Part shown: piece after piece, positions 21,701 through 30,325 of the stretch
Layout of the letters: every line of letters begins with the position of its first letter
Numbering within the stretch: the first letter of the stretch is position 1
Source of the DNA: an uncultured Gemmataceae bacterium
GTDB taxonomy: Bacteria; Planctomycetota; Planctomycetia; Gemmatales; Gemmataceae
Assembly: GCA_963750165.1 (NCBI GenBank)
Contig: CAVVPN010000004.1
Coordinates: 992,001 to 1,056,000, forward strand
Direction: 5' to 3'
DNA length: 64,000 bases
The notes under the pieces: model-generated
What the model was told of the DNA's origin: nothing
What the model saw: only the letters and a program-made list of their open reading frames with translations
Database searches by the model: none
Program-made: the position numbers and the translations under genes

Positions 21701-23030
21701 GGCATCGCCGGCGCTGACGCGCGGCCTGCTGGAGGCGCTGGGTCAGTCGCGTGCGGAGGAAGTCGCGGCCGCCGTCGTCAAGCGCTGGGGCCAGCTGACG
21801 CCCGCGACGCGGCCGGCGGCGCTGACGCTGCTGCTGCGGCGGCCGGCGTGGACGAAAACGCTGCTCGGGGCGCTGGAAAAAGGCACCATCGACCGCAGCG
21901 ACCTGAGCATCGACCAGGTGCAGTTCCTGAGCCAGCACCCGGACAGGACGCTGGCGGCGCTGGCCGGCAAGGTGCTGGCGAGCAGCGGCCGCCTGCCCAG
22001 CGCCGACCGCAAGAAGGTGCTCGACGAGCTGCTGCCGCTGGTGAAAAAGAGCGGCGACAAGGTGCGCGGCCGGGCGGTCTTCGAGGCCAACTGCGCCAAG
22101 TGCCACCGTTTCGGCGACCTCGGCAACACCGTCGGCCCGGATCTGACCGGCATCGCCGTCCGCGCCCGGCCGGACATTCTGGTGGACATTCTCGATCCGA
22201 ATCGCTCCGTGGAGGGTAATTATCGCCAGTACACGGTGACGACCACGAACGGCGTCATCCTCAACGGTCTGCTGGCGGCGGAGACGAACACGGCCATCGA
22301 ACTGCTCGACGGCGAGGGCAAGAAGCACGTCCTGCTGCGCGAGGACATCGACAGGCTGACCAGCTCGAAACTGTCGCTGATGCCGGAGGGGTTCGAGAAA
22401 TTGCCGGCGGACGACCTGGTGTCGCTGCTGGACTTCCTGAGTGCCCGCAGCAAATATCTGCCGCTGCCGCTGAGCAAGGCCGCGACCATCACGAGCGTCA
22501 AGGGCATGTTCATCAGCCCGGACGGCGACGAGCAGCGGCTGATTTTCAAGAAGTGGGGGCCGCAGACGGCGTTCGGCGTGCCGTTCCAGGTGATTGACCC
22601 GCGCGGCGGTTCCATCCCGAACGCGATTTTGCTGTACGGCCCCAATGGCGCGGTGTCGAAAAAGATGCCAAAGTCGGCGTCGGTGGACTGCAACGCCCCG
22701 GCGAAGGCGATCCACCTGCTCAGCGGCGTCAGCGGTTGGGGTTACCCCTACAGCAAGAAGGGCACGCTGTCGATGATCGTGCGGCTGCACTACGCCGACG
22801 GCAAGACGGAGGACCACGAGCTGCTGAACGGTGTGCATTTCGCGGACTACATCCGCGAGGTGGACGTGCCGGAGTCGAAACTGGCGTTTCGGCTGCGCGG
22901 CCAGCAGTTGCGTTACCTCACGGTCACGCCGAAGCGCGACGCGGTGATCGCGCGCATTGAGTTCGTCAAGGGGACGGATAATACCGCGCCGCTGGTCATG
23001 GCGGTGACGGTCGAGGGCCGCGAACAGTGA
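18720..23030 (+). CDS. ThuA-like domain plus PVC-type membrane-bound dehydrogenase/heme-binding protein (beta-propeller, HEAT, cytochrome c)
   Basis: GRVFYTALGHD (ThuA-like); LPEGFEIQLYAAEP..IAMAWDEKGRLW; GPDGALWVIDWY; CAKCH..VGPDLT..ILDPN..SLMPEG. Confidence 0.88.
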   Translation: MTCWHRPAGLLAALILAALVNSLAAQAPQAPQPQQPGKLKVLLLGDTGHHRPAVFAKILTAALAKQGIDIDYTADVADLTRARLAKYDALAIFRDSGNLPATNEAALLEFIEGGKGLVAIHCASHCFRNSDRYTALVGGRFKSHKTGVFRTRILDAQHPAMLGVKTFESWDETYLHDQVAKDIRVLMVREELGGYEPYTWVRDQGKGRVFYTALGHDERTWKVPGFQALLARGLRWAAGHAMQKKDLKPFEYVEAKIPIYRPKKGAKSEKLLMQLPLEPAESMKHFHLPEGFEIQLYAAEPDIARPIAMAWDEKGRLWIAESVDYPNERKPAGAGRDRIKICEDTKGTGRADKFTVFADKLSIPTSLVFAEGGVIVTQAPHTLFLKSTKGDDKADERKILFSGWGTYDTHAGPSNLRRGLDNWIWGTVGYSGFNGTIGGRRYNFKQGVYRFKPDGSAFEFLTSTTNNTWGLGLAETGEVFASTANGMHSVHLGLPNRVFEGVGGWFGKGSGPIADHRRIHPVTDKVRQVDFHGGFTAAAGHAVYTARSFPRDFWDRAAFVCEPTGHLVHVNRLVPQGSGWVARDGYSILASDDEWTAPIMAEIGPDGALWVIDWYNYIVQHNPTPPGFKTGKGNAYDTPLRDKTHGRIYRIVYTGAGAKKSTQPKLDAADPRGLIDALAHENLFWRQTAQRLLVERGKDDVLPALAKLVRDERKDAGATHALWAMHGLRAFQDAKKSPWVAVAHAALKHPEPAARRAALGVLPRHPDSVVAIANANILQDSQAGVRREALIALSEMPESKAAAPALAALLLESRNANDRWIPQAATAAAARSPLAFLQAAAATKKSATGDAALVEAVRVVAGHLARQAPADAAPLLAALAAAPPAVADAMLTGLANGWPAGKTVKLETDAAAALGKLPATLSSNGLVRLTALVKRWGQQDKLTNLSAGLKGGLLAKVADEKLADDDRAAAACDLIGMADDAASAAKILEQINAQASPALTRGLLEALGQSRAEEVAAAVVKRWGQLTPATRPAALTLLLRRPAWTKTLLGALEKGTIDRSDLSIDQVQFLSQHPDRTLAALAGKVLASSGRLPSADRKKVLDELLPLVKKSGDKVRGRAVFEANCAKCHRFGDLGNTVGPDLTGIAVRARPDILVDILDPNRSVEGNYRQYTVTTTNGVILNGLLAAETNTAIELLDGEGKKHVLLREDIDRLTSSKLSLMPEGFEKLPADDLVSLLDFLSARSKYLPLPLSKAATITSVKGMFISPDGDEQRLIFKKWGPQTAFGVPFQVIDPRGGSIPNAILLYGPNGAVSKKMPKSASVDCNAPAKAIHLLSGVSGWGYPYSKKGTLSMIVRLHYADGKTEDHELLNGVHFADYIREVDVPESKLAFRLRGQQLRYLTVTPKRDAVIARIEFVKGTDNTAPLVMAVTVEGREQ

Positions 23031-23057
23031 TCGCGTCTGCAAGTGGTTGAGAACGCC

Positions 23058-23134
23058 CGAACCCCGGGAGTCCCGTTTACAGTTTCGCGCGGATGCTACC
23101 CGCGCGAAACTGTAAACGGGACTCCCGGGGTTCG
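23058..23134. repeat. Perfect 35-bp inverted repeat between convergent genes
   Basis: cgaaccccgggagtcccgtttacagtttcgcgcgg, loop atgctac, then the exact reverse complement. Confidence 0.85.
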
Positions 23135-23163
23135 TGATTCCCAGCGAACCTTGTGGTTTCCCA

Positions 23164-23487
23164 TCACGGCCCCATGCCACCGTGGACGCGCTGATAGGTC
23201 ATGTGCGAGGGCTGGTCGTTCATCCAGAAGCGCCGCCATTCGTCATGGATTTGCCGCAGATCCTCCGACTGATAAAGCAACTGTTGCATCTGCACCGCCG
23301 CAGTCGGTTCAGTCAGCGACTGAATCCAGTCATTCCACCAACTCTGGCCCGCCGGTTCCTGGTCGCCGGTGCGAACCCCCTCGCACTGAAAGAAACACTC
23401 CGTGACCCACCATTCCGCTGGTTCCGCCGGCCCGGTCTGCCCGGTCACCAGCTGCTGCACCAGCGCCAGCCACAACACGAACGCCAT
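23164..23487 (-). CDS. Small hypothetical exported protein
   Basis: Hydrophobic N-terminus; ordered C-terminal motif QSEDLRQIHDEWRRFWMNDQPSHMTYQRVHGG. Confidence 0.55.
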   Translation of the reverse strand: MAFVLWLALVQQLVTGQTGPAEPAEWWVTECFFQCEGVRTGDQEPAGQSWWNDWIQSLTEPTAAVQMQQLLYQSEDLRQIHDEWRRFWMNDQPSHMTYQRVHGGMGP

Positions 23488-23748
23488 GTCTCGCCCCCCG
23501 CGTTGGGGTAAACGCCCCCAGCGTGCGCACGCCCGAGAGTCGCTCACCGTTGCCCGGTTCCACCCTGGATTGAGTGAATCCGCATACGCAAGGAGGCCAT
23601 CGCTGTCAAGAGCTATTTCCGCCGTGGAAAGCTGTACCCGTTGCGGTCAGTCATGGCGACCGCGCCGCCTGCGGGTGGTAAACGTCGGCCAGCAGGACAG
23701 TTCCGTCACGCATCGGGACGGCCACGCCCCGCTCGACGGTGCAGGGGC

Positions 23749-23778
23749 TTGACGGTGCGGCGGTCGGGTTCATAGAAT
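23749..23778 (+). promoter_or_regulatory. Possible upstream sigma70 promoter
   Basis: TTGACG-18 nt-TAGAAT. Confidence 0.45.
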
Positions 23779-23868
23779 CGCTTTGTGGGCAAGAATGCGG
23801 GAAAGCGACCGCAGTTTACCGGCCCTGGCGTTGGGCACAACAAAAAAGCAAGATTTTACTTTTTCCCG

Positions 23869-23896
23869 TTGACAGGCGCCTGGGCGCTCCTATAAT
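23869..23896 (+). promoter_or_regulatory. Consensus sigma70 promoter for the tRNA locus
   Basis: TTGACA-16 nt-TATAAT, with an A/T-rich UP-like tract upstream. Confidence 0.85.
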
Positions 23897-24017
23897 TTTC
23901 TCTGCGGCGGTGTTTGCCAGTAGTCCATCTTTCCAAAGACGGCTTATGACGCAGCAAATTCGCACGACGATTTTTGAGGCAGGGTGAACGCTCTATCCTT
24001 TTCATGAGGCGGATAGG

Positions 24018-24051
24018 GCCAAACCTCTTCGGTTTGGCTTTTTTGTTTTTT
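24018..24051 (+). terminator. Intrinsic terminator in the leader upstream of tRNA-Ile
   Basis: gccaaacc-tcttc-ggtttggc followed by ttttttgtttttt. Confidence 0.7.
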
Positions 24052-24067
24052 CTGAGGTAGTGGAGAA

Positions 24068-24141
24068 GGGCGTATAGCTCAGTTGGCTAGAGCGCAGCTC
24101 TGATAAAGCTGAGGTCCTTGGTTCGAATCCAAGTACGCCCA
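24068..24141 (+). tRNA. tRNA-Ile (GAU), CCA not encoded
   Basis: Cloverleaf gggcgta...tacgccc-a; anticodon arm cagct-ctGATaa-agctg; T-loop gttcgaatc. Confidence 0.95.
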
Positions 24142-24161
24142 TTGCGGTCCAGGCGACGAAC

Positions 24162-24234
24162 GGGGATGTAGCTCAGCTGGGAGAGCGCCGGTTTTGCAAG
24201 CCGGAGGCCACGGGTTCGAGCCCCGTCATCTCCA
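24162..24234 (+). tRNA. tRNA-Ala (UGC), CCA not encoded
   Basis: ggggatg...catctcc-a with a G3:U70 pair; anticodon arm ccggt-ttTGCaa-gccgg. Confidence 0.95.
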
Positions 24235-24281
24235 CAAAAAACGGTTGTGCCGGATATTTTGAAAATTCCGCGAAAGATGGA

Positions 24282-24310
24282 TTGACAGGGCTGGTGGTCG
24301 CGAGTAAATT
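24282..24310 (+). promoter_or_regulatory. Internal sigma70 promoter for 23S-5S
   Basis: TTGACA-17 nt-TAAATT downstream of tRNA-Ala. Confidence 0.65.
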
Positions 24311-24513
24311 AATGATGTAAGTTGTTTGATAAAAACAACTTACAGCCGTTCGGGTTCCAGCTGGTTGCGAGTCGCTGCACCCCTTCCACAAGGGAAGATT
24401 TTGGTGCATCGACTCCTGATCAGCAGAACGTGCGGCGACCCAATGCGTGGTTGCCAACGAACTGGTGAGGGCCTTCGGGCCAGCGTAATCCTGCTGGGAT
24501 TACGTCGGGAGTT

Positions 24514-24525
24514 TGTTCTTTGACA
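24514..24525 (+). promoter_or_regulatory. rrn boxA antitermination element
   Basis: tgttctttgaca. It is followed by ggtagcggtaagagttgc, which is complementary to gcaatctcttatcgctacc downstream of the 23S (processing stem). Confidence 0.75.
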
Positions 24526-25762
24526 ATTCGGTAGCGGTAAGAGTTGCAACTCACATAGAGCGCAAAGCGCTCACGTCTGGAACGCAAGTTCTAGGCGTGA
24601 AACTTTGCAGTTTCTTTGAGTCTCTGCAAGAGCCCTTAGAGAGAAAGGATCGTTACTTTCCCCTCAACTCTGGATCAGGGTTGGGGGACGGTAGCGGACG
24701 CGATCGCTCTTGGGCGGGGGGCACCCGCCGAGGAAACGATCAATGCGGCCAAGCTACTAAGGGCGTGTGGGGGATGTCTAGGCGCCAGGAGGCGATGAAG
24801 GGCGTGGAAGACTGCGATAAGCCCGGGGGAGCTGTCAAACGAGCGTTGATCCCGGGATCCCTGAATTAGCGTCCGCTGAATCCATAGGCGTACGCGGCAA
24901 ACGGGGGGAACTGAAACATCTCAGTACCCCTAGGAGAGGAAAGCAACCGCGACTCCGTCAGTAGCGGCGAGCGAAAGCGGATCAGCCCAAACCACCGGGA
25001 CATGTCCCGGCGGGGTTGTAGGACCGGACATATGGGAGTTACCAAGTTCTTGTTTAGCGGAACGATCTGGAACGTTCGACCATAGCGGGTGACAGTCCCG
25101 TACGCGACAGACAAGGACCTCCCGTTCGGCACCTGAGTAGAACCGGACACGTGAAAGCCGGTCTGAATCTGCGGGGCCCATCCCGCAAGGCTAAGTACTC
25201 CCTGGCGACCGATAGTGGACCAAGTAGCGCGAGCGAAAGATGGGAAGAACCCCTACCAGGGGAGGATAGTGAACCTGAAACCACATGCCTACAAGCGGTC
25301 GGAGCCCGACTGGACCCGCAAGGGTCCTGGGGTGACGGCGTGCCTTTTGCATAATGATCCGGCGACTTACCGTCACCAGCAAGGTTAAGCGCCTGTGGCG
25401 CGGAGCCGAAGCGAAAGCGAGTCCGAACAGGGCGTGCAGTTGGGGGCGGTAGACGCGAAACCACGTGAACTACGCATGGGCAGGATGAAGGGCGGGTAAC
25501 ACCACCTGGAGGTCCGAACTCACTAGTGTTGAAAAACTAGGGGATGACCTGTGTGGAGGATTGAAAGTATCATCAAACGTGGAGATAGCTCGTTCTCTCC
25601 GAAATAACTTTAGGGTTAACGTCTCATTAGTTGGCAAGGGGGGTAGAGCGACTGAATTCGGCAGGGGGCCTACCCGGTTACCCTCCGAAACCAAACTCCG
25701 AATACCCTTGTTCAAGGTGGGGCAGCTAGACGGCGGGGGATAAGCTTCGTCGTCGAGAGGGG

Positions 25763-25795
<33 letters not shown>

Positions 25796-25836
25796 CATGC
25801 TCAGTGCGAAAGGAAGTTGGACTCCGGTGACAGCCA

Positions 25837-25886
<50 letters not shown>

Positions 25887-26634
25887 TGGTCGAGGAGTCC
25901 TGCGCCGATAATGAACGGGACTAAGCATGACACCGAAGCAGCGGGTAGCGTAAGCTACGGTAGGAGAGCGTTGTAGCAGCCCGTGAAGGCGGACAGATAA
26001 TGACCGCTGGAGGTTCTACAAGTGATCATGCCGGAACGAGTAACGATAAAACGGGTGAGAATCCCGTTCGCCGAAAGCCTAAGGTTTCCTGGGGAAGGTA
26101 AATCCGCCCAGGGTTAGTCGGACCCTAACGCGAGGCCGAAAGGCGTAGCGGATGGACGGCAGGTTAATATTCCTGCACCACCTACGAAGGTTGATGGCGT
26201 CAGGACGCAGTACCGAAGGAGAGCACCCGGTCAGAAGTGGGTGTGCCGCAAGGCCGAGGCCGTATACGATGCCAAAGTCTTCGGAAGTCCTGACAAGAAA
26301 AGCCGACGCCGGACGACGTAGGTGCCCGTACTAAAACTGACACAGGTAGGCGAGATGAAGATTCTAAGGCGCTCGAGAGAACGCTCGTGAAGGAACTCGG
26401 CAAATTAACCCCGTAACTTCGGGATAAGGGGTGCCCTTGGCCTTGTTAAAGGGGCTGGGGGCCGCAGAGAAATGGATCTGGCGACTGTTTACTAAAAACA
26501 CAGGTCTCTGCCAACGCGCAAGCGGATGTATAGAGACTGACGCCTGCCCGGTGTCGGTAAGTTAAGGAAGAGGGTTAGCCAGTTTACTGGTGAAGCTCGC
26601 AACCGAAGCTCCGATAAACGGCGGCCGTAACTAT

Positions 26635-27370
26635 GAACCACTCGTAGTTATAAAATCTGGCTAAATGCTGGAACCCCTGAGTATCCGCTGGTACTCGCCC
26701 CGCCCAGGGGCAGTGACAATCCAGGCGGTGCAGGCAATCAGCAGGAAAGGCCGGTGTGCTGGATGCTGTTCGTGGATCGAATCCCTGAGTCCGTCGGTTA
26801 CTACTTTGCTGGTTTCGTGGATGGCGAAGGAAGCTTTAACATCAGCTTCCGCAAGCGACCCGACTACAGAATCCCTTGGAAAGTTTCGTTGTGCTTGAAC
26901 GTGTCCCAGAAAGACCGTTCAATCCTGGCCTTGCTCAAGGATCATCTTGAGTGCGGCACGATTCGTTACAAGTGTGACGATGTCTGGTTCTTCGAGGTGA
27001 ACAACCTCGTCTCCATTCACGGAAACGTCATCCCTTTCTTTGAACGCTTTCGCTTCCTATCCGCCAAGAAGAAACGCGATTTCGCGATCTTCAAGCGGAT
27101 GGCTAAACTTCTAGCTGAGGGAGCGCATCTGAACAAAGAAGGAATCGTCGAGTTACTTAAACTTCGACGGAAAATGAATGACGGCGGCAAACGCAAGTAC
27201 GACGATCAGGCGGTCTTGAATGCATTTGACATCCCGGAATCCTCAGAGACTATACGCCAGACCTCGGAAGCCAAAACTTCTGGGGATGATATAGTCCGAC
27301 CTGCATGGCGACATGCAGAGCTGGGCAGAAATGACCCGGCCCAACCTGCTCAAGGTTGAGTAACAACGTG
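26635..27370 (+). mobile_element. Group I intron L1917 (736 nt, IB-like) with homing endonuclease
   Basis: Interrupts gtaactat|gacggtcc. P1 taactaU:Gtagtta; P aaatgctgg; Q aatcagcagg; R tcagagacta (27243); S gatgatatagtcc; terminal G. Confidence 0.93.
26754..27359 (+). CDS. Single-motif LAGLIDADG homing endonuclease
   Basis: YFAGFVDGEGSF motif, VSQKD, K..DF..F, HL.KEG. Start could be 26754, 26763 or 26772. Confidence 0.92.
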   Translation: MCWMLFVDRIPESVGYYFAGFVDGEGSFNISFRKRPDYRIPWKVSLCLNVSQKDRSILALLKDHLECGTIRYKCDDVWFFEVNNLVSIHGNVIPFFERFRFLSAKKKRDFAIFKRMAKLLAEGAHLNKEGIVELLKLRRKMNDGGKRKYDDQAVLNAFDIPESSETIRQTSEAKTSGDDIVRPAWRHAELGRNDPAQPAQG

Positions 27371-27404
27371 GACGGTCCTAAGGTAGCGAAGTTCCTTGTC
27401 GGGT

Positions 27405-27674
27405 AAGTAACATTGCCCGGGGCAAGAGCGATCTTGTCCATTCAACCGGCTCAAATCGGTGGAGCCCTCCCGGCACTTGCAGGAGTGTCGCGGGTAATAC
27501 CGAGGGTAAGATTGCCCCAGCAATCCCCGTAACGACTCAGGGGTGAGATCCCTGGATGAAGCTTCCTGGCTTCATAATACGCCGGCCCTGACGACGCCCA
27601 ACGGTATGATCTTCTCAGTCATCCGCGTCAGGTGAACGTATAGTCTACGCCACGGGAAACCGTGGACAAGCGTG
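27405..27674 (+). mobile_element. Group I intron L1951 (270 nt, IA-like, no ORF)
   Basis: Interrupts tcgggt|aagttccgac. P1 cgggU:Gcccg; R cccgtaacgact; S gtatagtct; P9 ccacgggaaaccgtgg; terminal G. Confidence 0.9.
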
Positions 27675-27705
<31 letters not shown>

Positions 27706-28153
27706 CGGATCACTGTCTCCACGAGCGACTCGGTGAAACTGTAGTAGTCGTGAAGATGCGACTTCCCCGCAACTAGACGGAAAGACCCCGTGAACCTTTA
27801 CTGCAGCTTAGTATTGGGCTTAGGCCCAGCATGCGTAGCGTAGGTGGGAGCCTGTGAACCGTGATCTCCGGATCATGGGGAGGCGACAAATGAAACACCA
27901 CCCTTGTTGTGCTTGAGTTCTAACCCCGACCCGTGAACCCGGGCGGCGGACAGTGCTAAGTGGGCAGTTTGACTGGGGCGGTCTCCTCCTAAAAGGTAAC
28001 GGAGGAGTTCAAAGGTACCCTCAGCCCGGTCGGCAATCGGGCAGCGAGCGTAAAGGTAGAAGGGTGCTTGACTGCGAGTCCCATCAGACGAGCAGGTGCG
28101 AAAGCAGGACTTAGTGATCCGGCGGTGCTGGATGGAAAGGCCGTCGCTCAACA

Positions 28154-28189
<36 letters not shown>

Positions 28190-28225
28190 TCTGAGCGTTC
28201 ACAGCGGCGAGGAGGTTTGGCACCT

Positions 28226-28520
28226 TAACACATCGGGGTGCTGCGGCAGCAATGCCGTACCAACAAATCGGCTTATAACGGTGGACCCGTCCGTGGTGCT
28301 GTGATTGACCACACCACGCGGCAACACCGTGGGAAGTCTAACGTCAATTTGATTGACGGATGACCCCGTAACGACTGAGTCGAAAGACGAGAGTTTCCCG
28401 ATTCGGGAAGCTAATACGCCGACGCCTGCCAGCCCAAGTCAGGTTATGATCCGAGAGGATCTACGACCGACGGCAGGATGATGATATAGTCTACGCCACG
28501 AGAAACCGTGGAATTTGGTA
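28226..28520 (+). mobile_element. Group I intron L2500 (295 nt, IA-like, no ORF, 3'-terminal A)
   Basis: Interrupts ggcacct|cgatgtcggc. P1 caccU:Gggtg; P10 acatcg:cgatgt; R cccgtaacgact; S gatatagtct; P9 ccacgagaaaccgtgg. Confidence 0.9.
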
Positions 28521-28591
28521 CGATGTCGGCTCATCGCATCCTGGGGGTGGAGAAGCTCCCAAGGGTTTGGCTGTTCGCCAATGAAAGCGGT

Positions 28592-28629
<38 letters not shown>

Positions 28630-29017
28630 CCCTATCTGTTGTGGGCGCAGGAAGCTTGAGCGGTTCTCTCCCTAGTACGAGAGGATTGGGAGGGACGTAC
28701 CTCTGGTGTGCCAGTTGTCGCGCTAGCGGCACGGCTGGGTAGCCAACGTACGGCCGGGATAAACGCTGAAGGCATATAAGCGTGAAACCCCCCGCAAGAT
28801 GAGGCTTCCCTCTGCTTTACGCAGTGAAGGCTCCCGGAAGACCACCGGGTCGATAGGTCGGGTGTGTAAGACGGGCAACCGTCTCAGCTAACCGATACTA
28901 ACAGCCGAGCGCTTGACCGCATTGATCCTTTGCTCGGCGGCGCGTGGGTATGCCTCACGCCCCCAGCCCAAAGGGCCTTGCAGATCGCAATCTCTTATCG
29001 CTACCAATTGATATACG

Positions 29018-29120
29018 GCTAGTCATTAGTCATTAGTCATTAGTCGTTAGTTATCGAGGTTTCGGCCCTGGGCTGCGACCTAAATAGCTAAAGATTAGGG
29101 ACTAATGACTAAGGACTGGC
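29018..29120. repeat. Inverted arrays of heptamer tandem repeats in the 23S-5S spacer
   Basis: (agtcatt)3-agtcgtt on the left; gactaat-gactaag-gactggc on the right, complementary to it. Confidence 0.75.
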
Positions 29121-29129
29121 GATGTGACT

Positions 29130-29239
29130 TTCCGGTGAGCATACCTGAGTGGATACACCCGTTCCCATTCCGAACACGGCCGTTAAGCACTCTGGGCCCA
29201 TGGTAGTGTGTAAAACGCGAGAGTAGGTCATCGCCGGAA
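29130..29239 (+). rRNA. rrf: 5S rRNA
   Basis: ttccggtga...tcgccggaa terminal helix; cacccgttcccattccgaacacgg; gagagtaggt. Confidence 0.95.
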
Positions 29240-29245
29240 TTATTT

Positions 29246-29282
29246 AAGCCCGCTGGGATTTCCCAGCGGGCTTCTGTTTTTT
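29246..29282 (+). terminator. rRNA operon terminator
   Basis: aagcccgctggga-tt-tcccagcgggctt followed by a T-run. Confidence 0.85.
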
Positions 29283-29368
29283 CCACACCCCGAAAAATCT
29301 GTCAGCTGGGCGGTTTTTGTGCTACCTTGAGGGCGACAACTTCGCTCTCTCCCGGAGGCACACCGTTC

Positions 29369-30325
29369 ATGACCCCCTCTGAAGTGCTCTGCGCCGGCAT
29401 CATCGTCGCCGACCACGTTTGCTCCCCCATCCCGCACGTGCCCGCGGCCGGCGAACTCGTGATGACCGACCGCATGCTGTTGACCAGCGGTGGCTGCGCC
29501 GCCAACGCGGCGGTCGATCTGGCGAAAATGGGCGTGCGCGCCGCGGTCGTCGGCCGCGTCGGTGGCGATGTCTTCGGCCGCGTCGTGGCGGAAATGCTCG
29601 GGCAGACCGGCGTTGACGTGTCCGCCCTCCGCGTCAGCCCCGATGCCGAAACCAGTCAAACACTCATCGTCAACGTCCAGGGCCAGGACCGGCGCTTTAT
29701 CCACACCTTCGGCGCCAACGCCGCCTTCAGCGCCGCCGACATCCCGCTGGATCGCGTCCGCCGCTGCCGTGTCCTGTACGTCGGCGGCTACCTGCTCATG
29801 CCGAACCTCCGCCAGGAAGACCTGGTGCCCGTCTTCACCGCCGCCCGCCAGGCCGGCGCCCGCACTGTCCTCGACGTGGCTGTGCCGGGACGCGAAAATT
29901 ACCTGGCCCGCCTGGAAAAACTGCTGCCGCTCGTGGATGTGTTCCTGCCCAACAATCACGAGGCCGAGGTGATTACCGGCGAAGCCGACCCGCTGCGCCA
30001 GGCGGAGGTATTTCGGCAACTGGGCGTCGGCACCAGCGTCATCACGCTGGGCGCCGACGGGGCGGTGCTGATGCAGGGCGATCTGCGACTGCGTTCGGGA
30101 GTGTATGCGGTGCCCTACGTGGACGGCAGCGGCGGCGGCGACGCCTTCGACGCGGGCTACATCTACGGACTGCTGCGCGGTCTCGACGCCACGGAATGCC
30201 TGCGCGTCGCCAGCGCCCTGGGCGCGAGTTGCGTGCGGGCCATCGGCACCACCCCCGGCGTCTTCACCCGCGCCGAGTGCGAGGTCTTTCTCCAGGAGCA
30301 AACCCTACGCATCGAGCGGCTGTGA
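29369..30325 (+). CDS. PfkB-family carbohydrate kinase
   Basis: GGCAANAAV.LAKMG, VGGDVFG, PNNHEA, ITLGADG, DGSGGGDAFDAG. Confidence 0.92.
   Translation: MTPSEVLCAGIIVADHVCSPIPHVPAAGELVMTDRMLLTSGGCAANAAVDLAKMGVRAAVVGRVGGDVFGRVVAEMLGQTGVDVSALRVSPDAETSQTLIVNVQGQDRRFIHTFGANAAFSAADIPLDRVRRCRVLYVGGYLLMPNLRQEDLVPVFTAARQAGARTVLDVAVPGRENYLARLEKLLPLVDVFLPNNHEAEVITGEADPLRQAEVFRQLGVGTSVITLGADGAVLMQGDLRLRSGVYAVPYVDGSGGGDAFDAGYIYGLLRGLDATECLRVASALGASCVRAIGTTPGVFTRAECEVFLQEQTLRIERL

Noticed and set aside
23978..23991. T-box riboswitch (agggtgaacgc)
   Set aside because: Lacks the UGGN bulge needed to pair with the tRNA 3' end, and there is no clear stem I.
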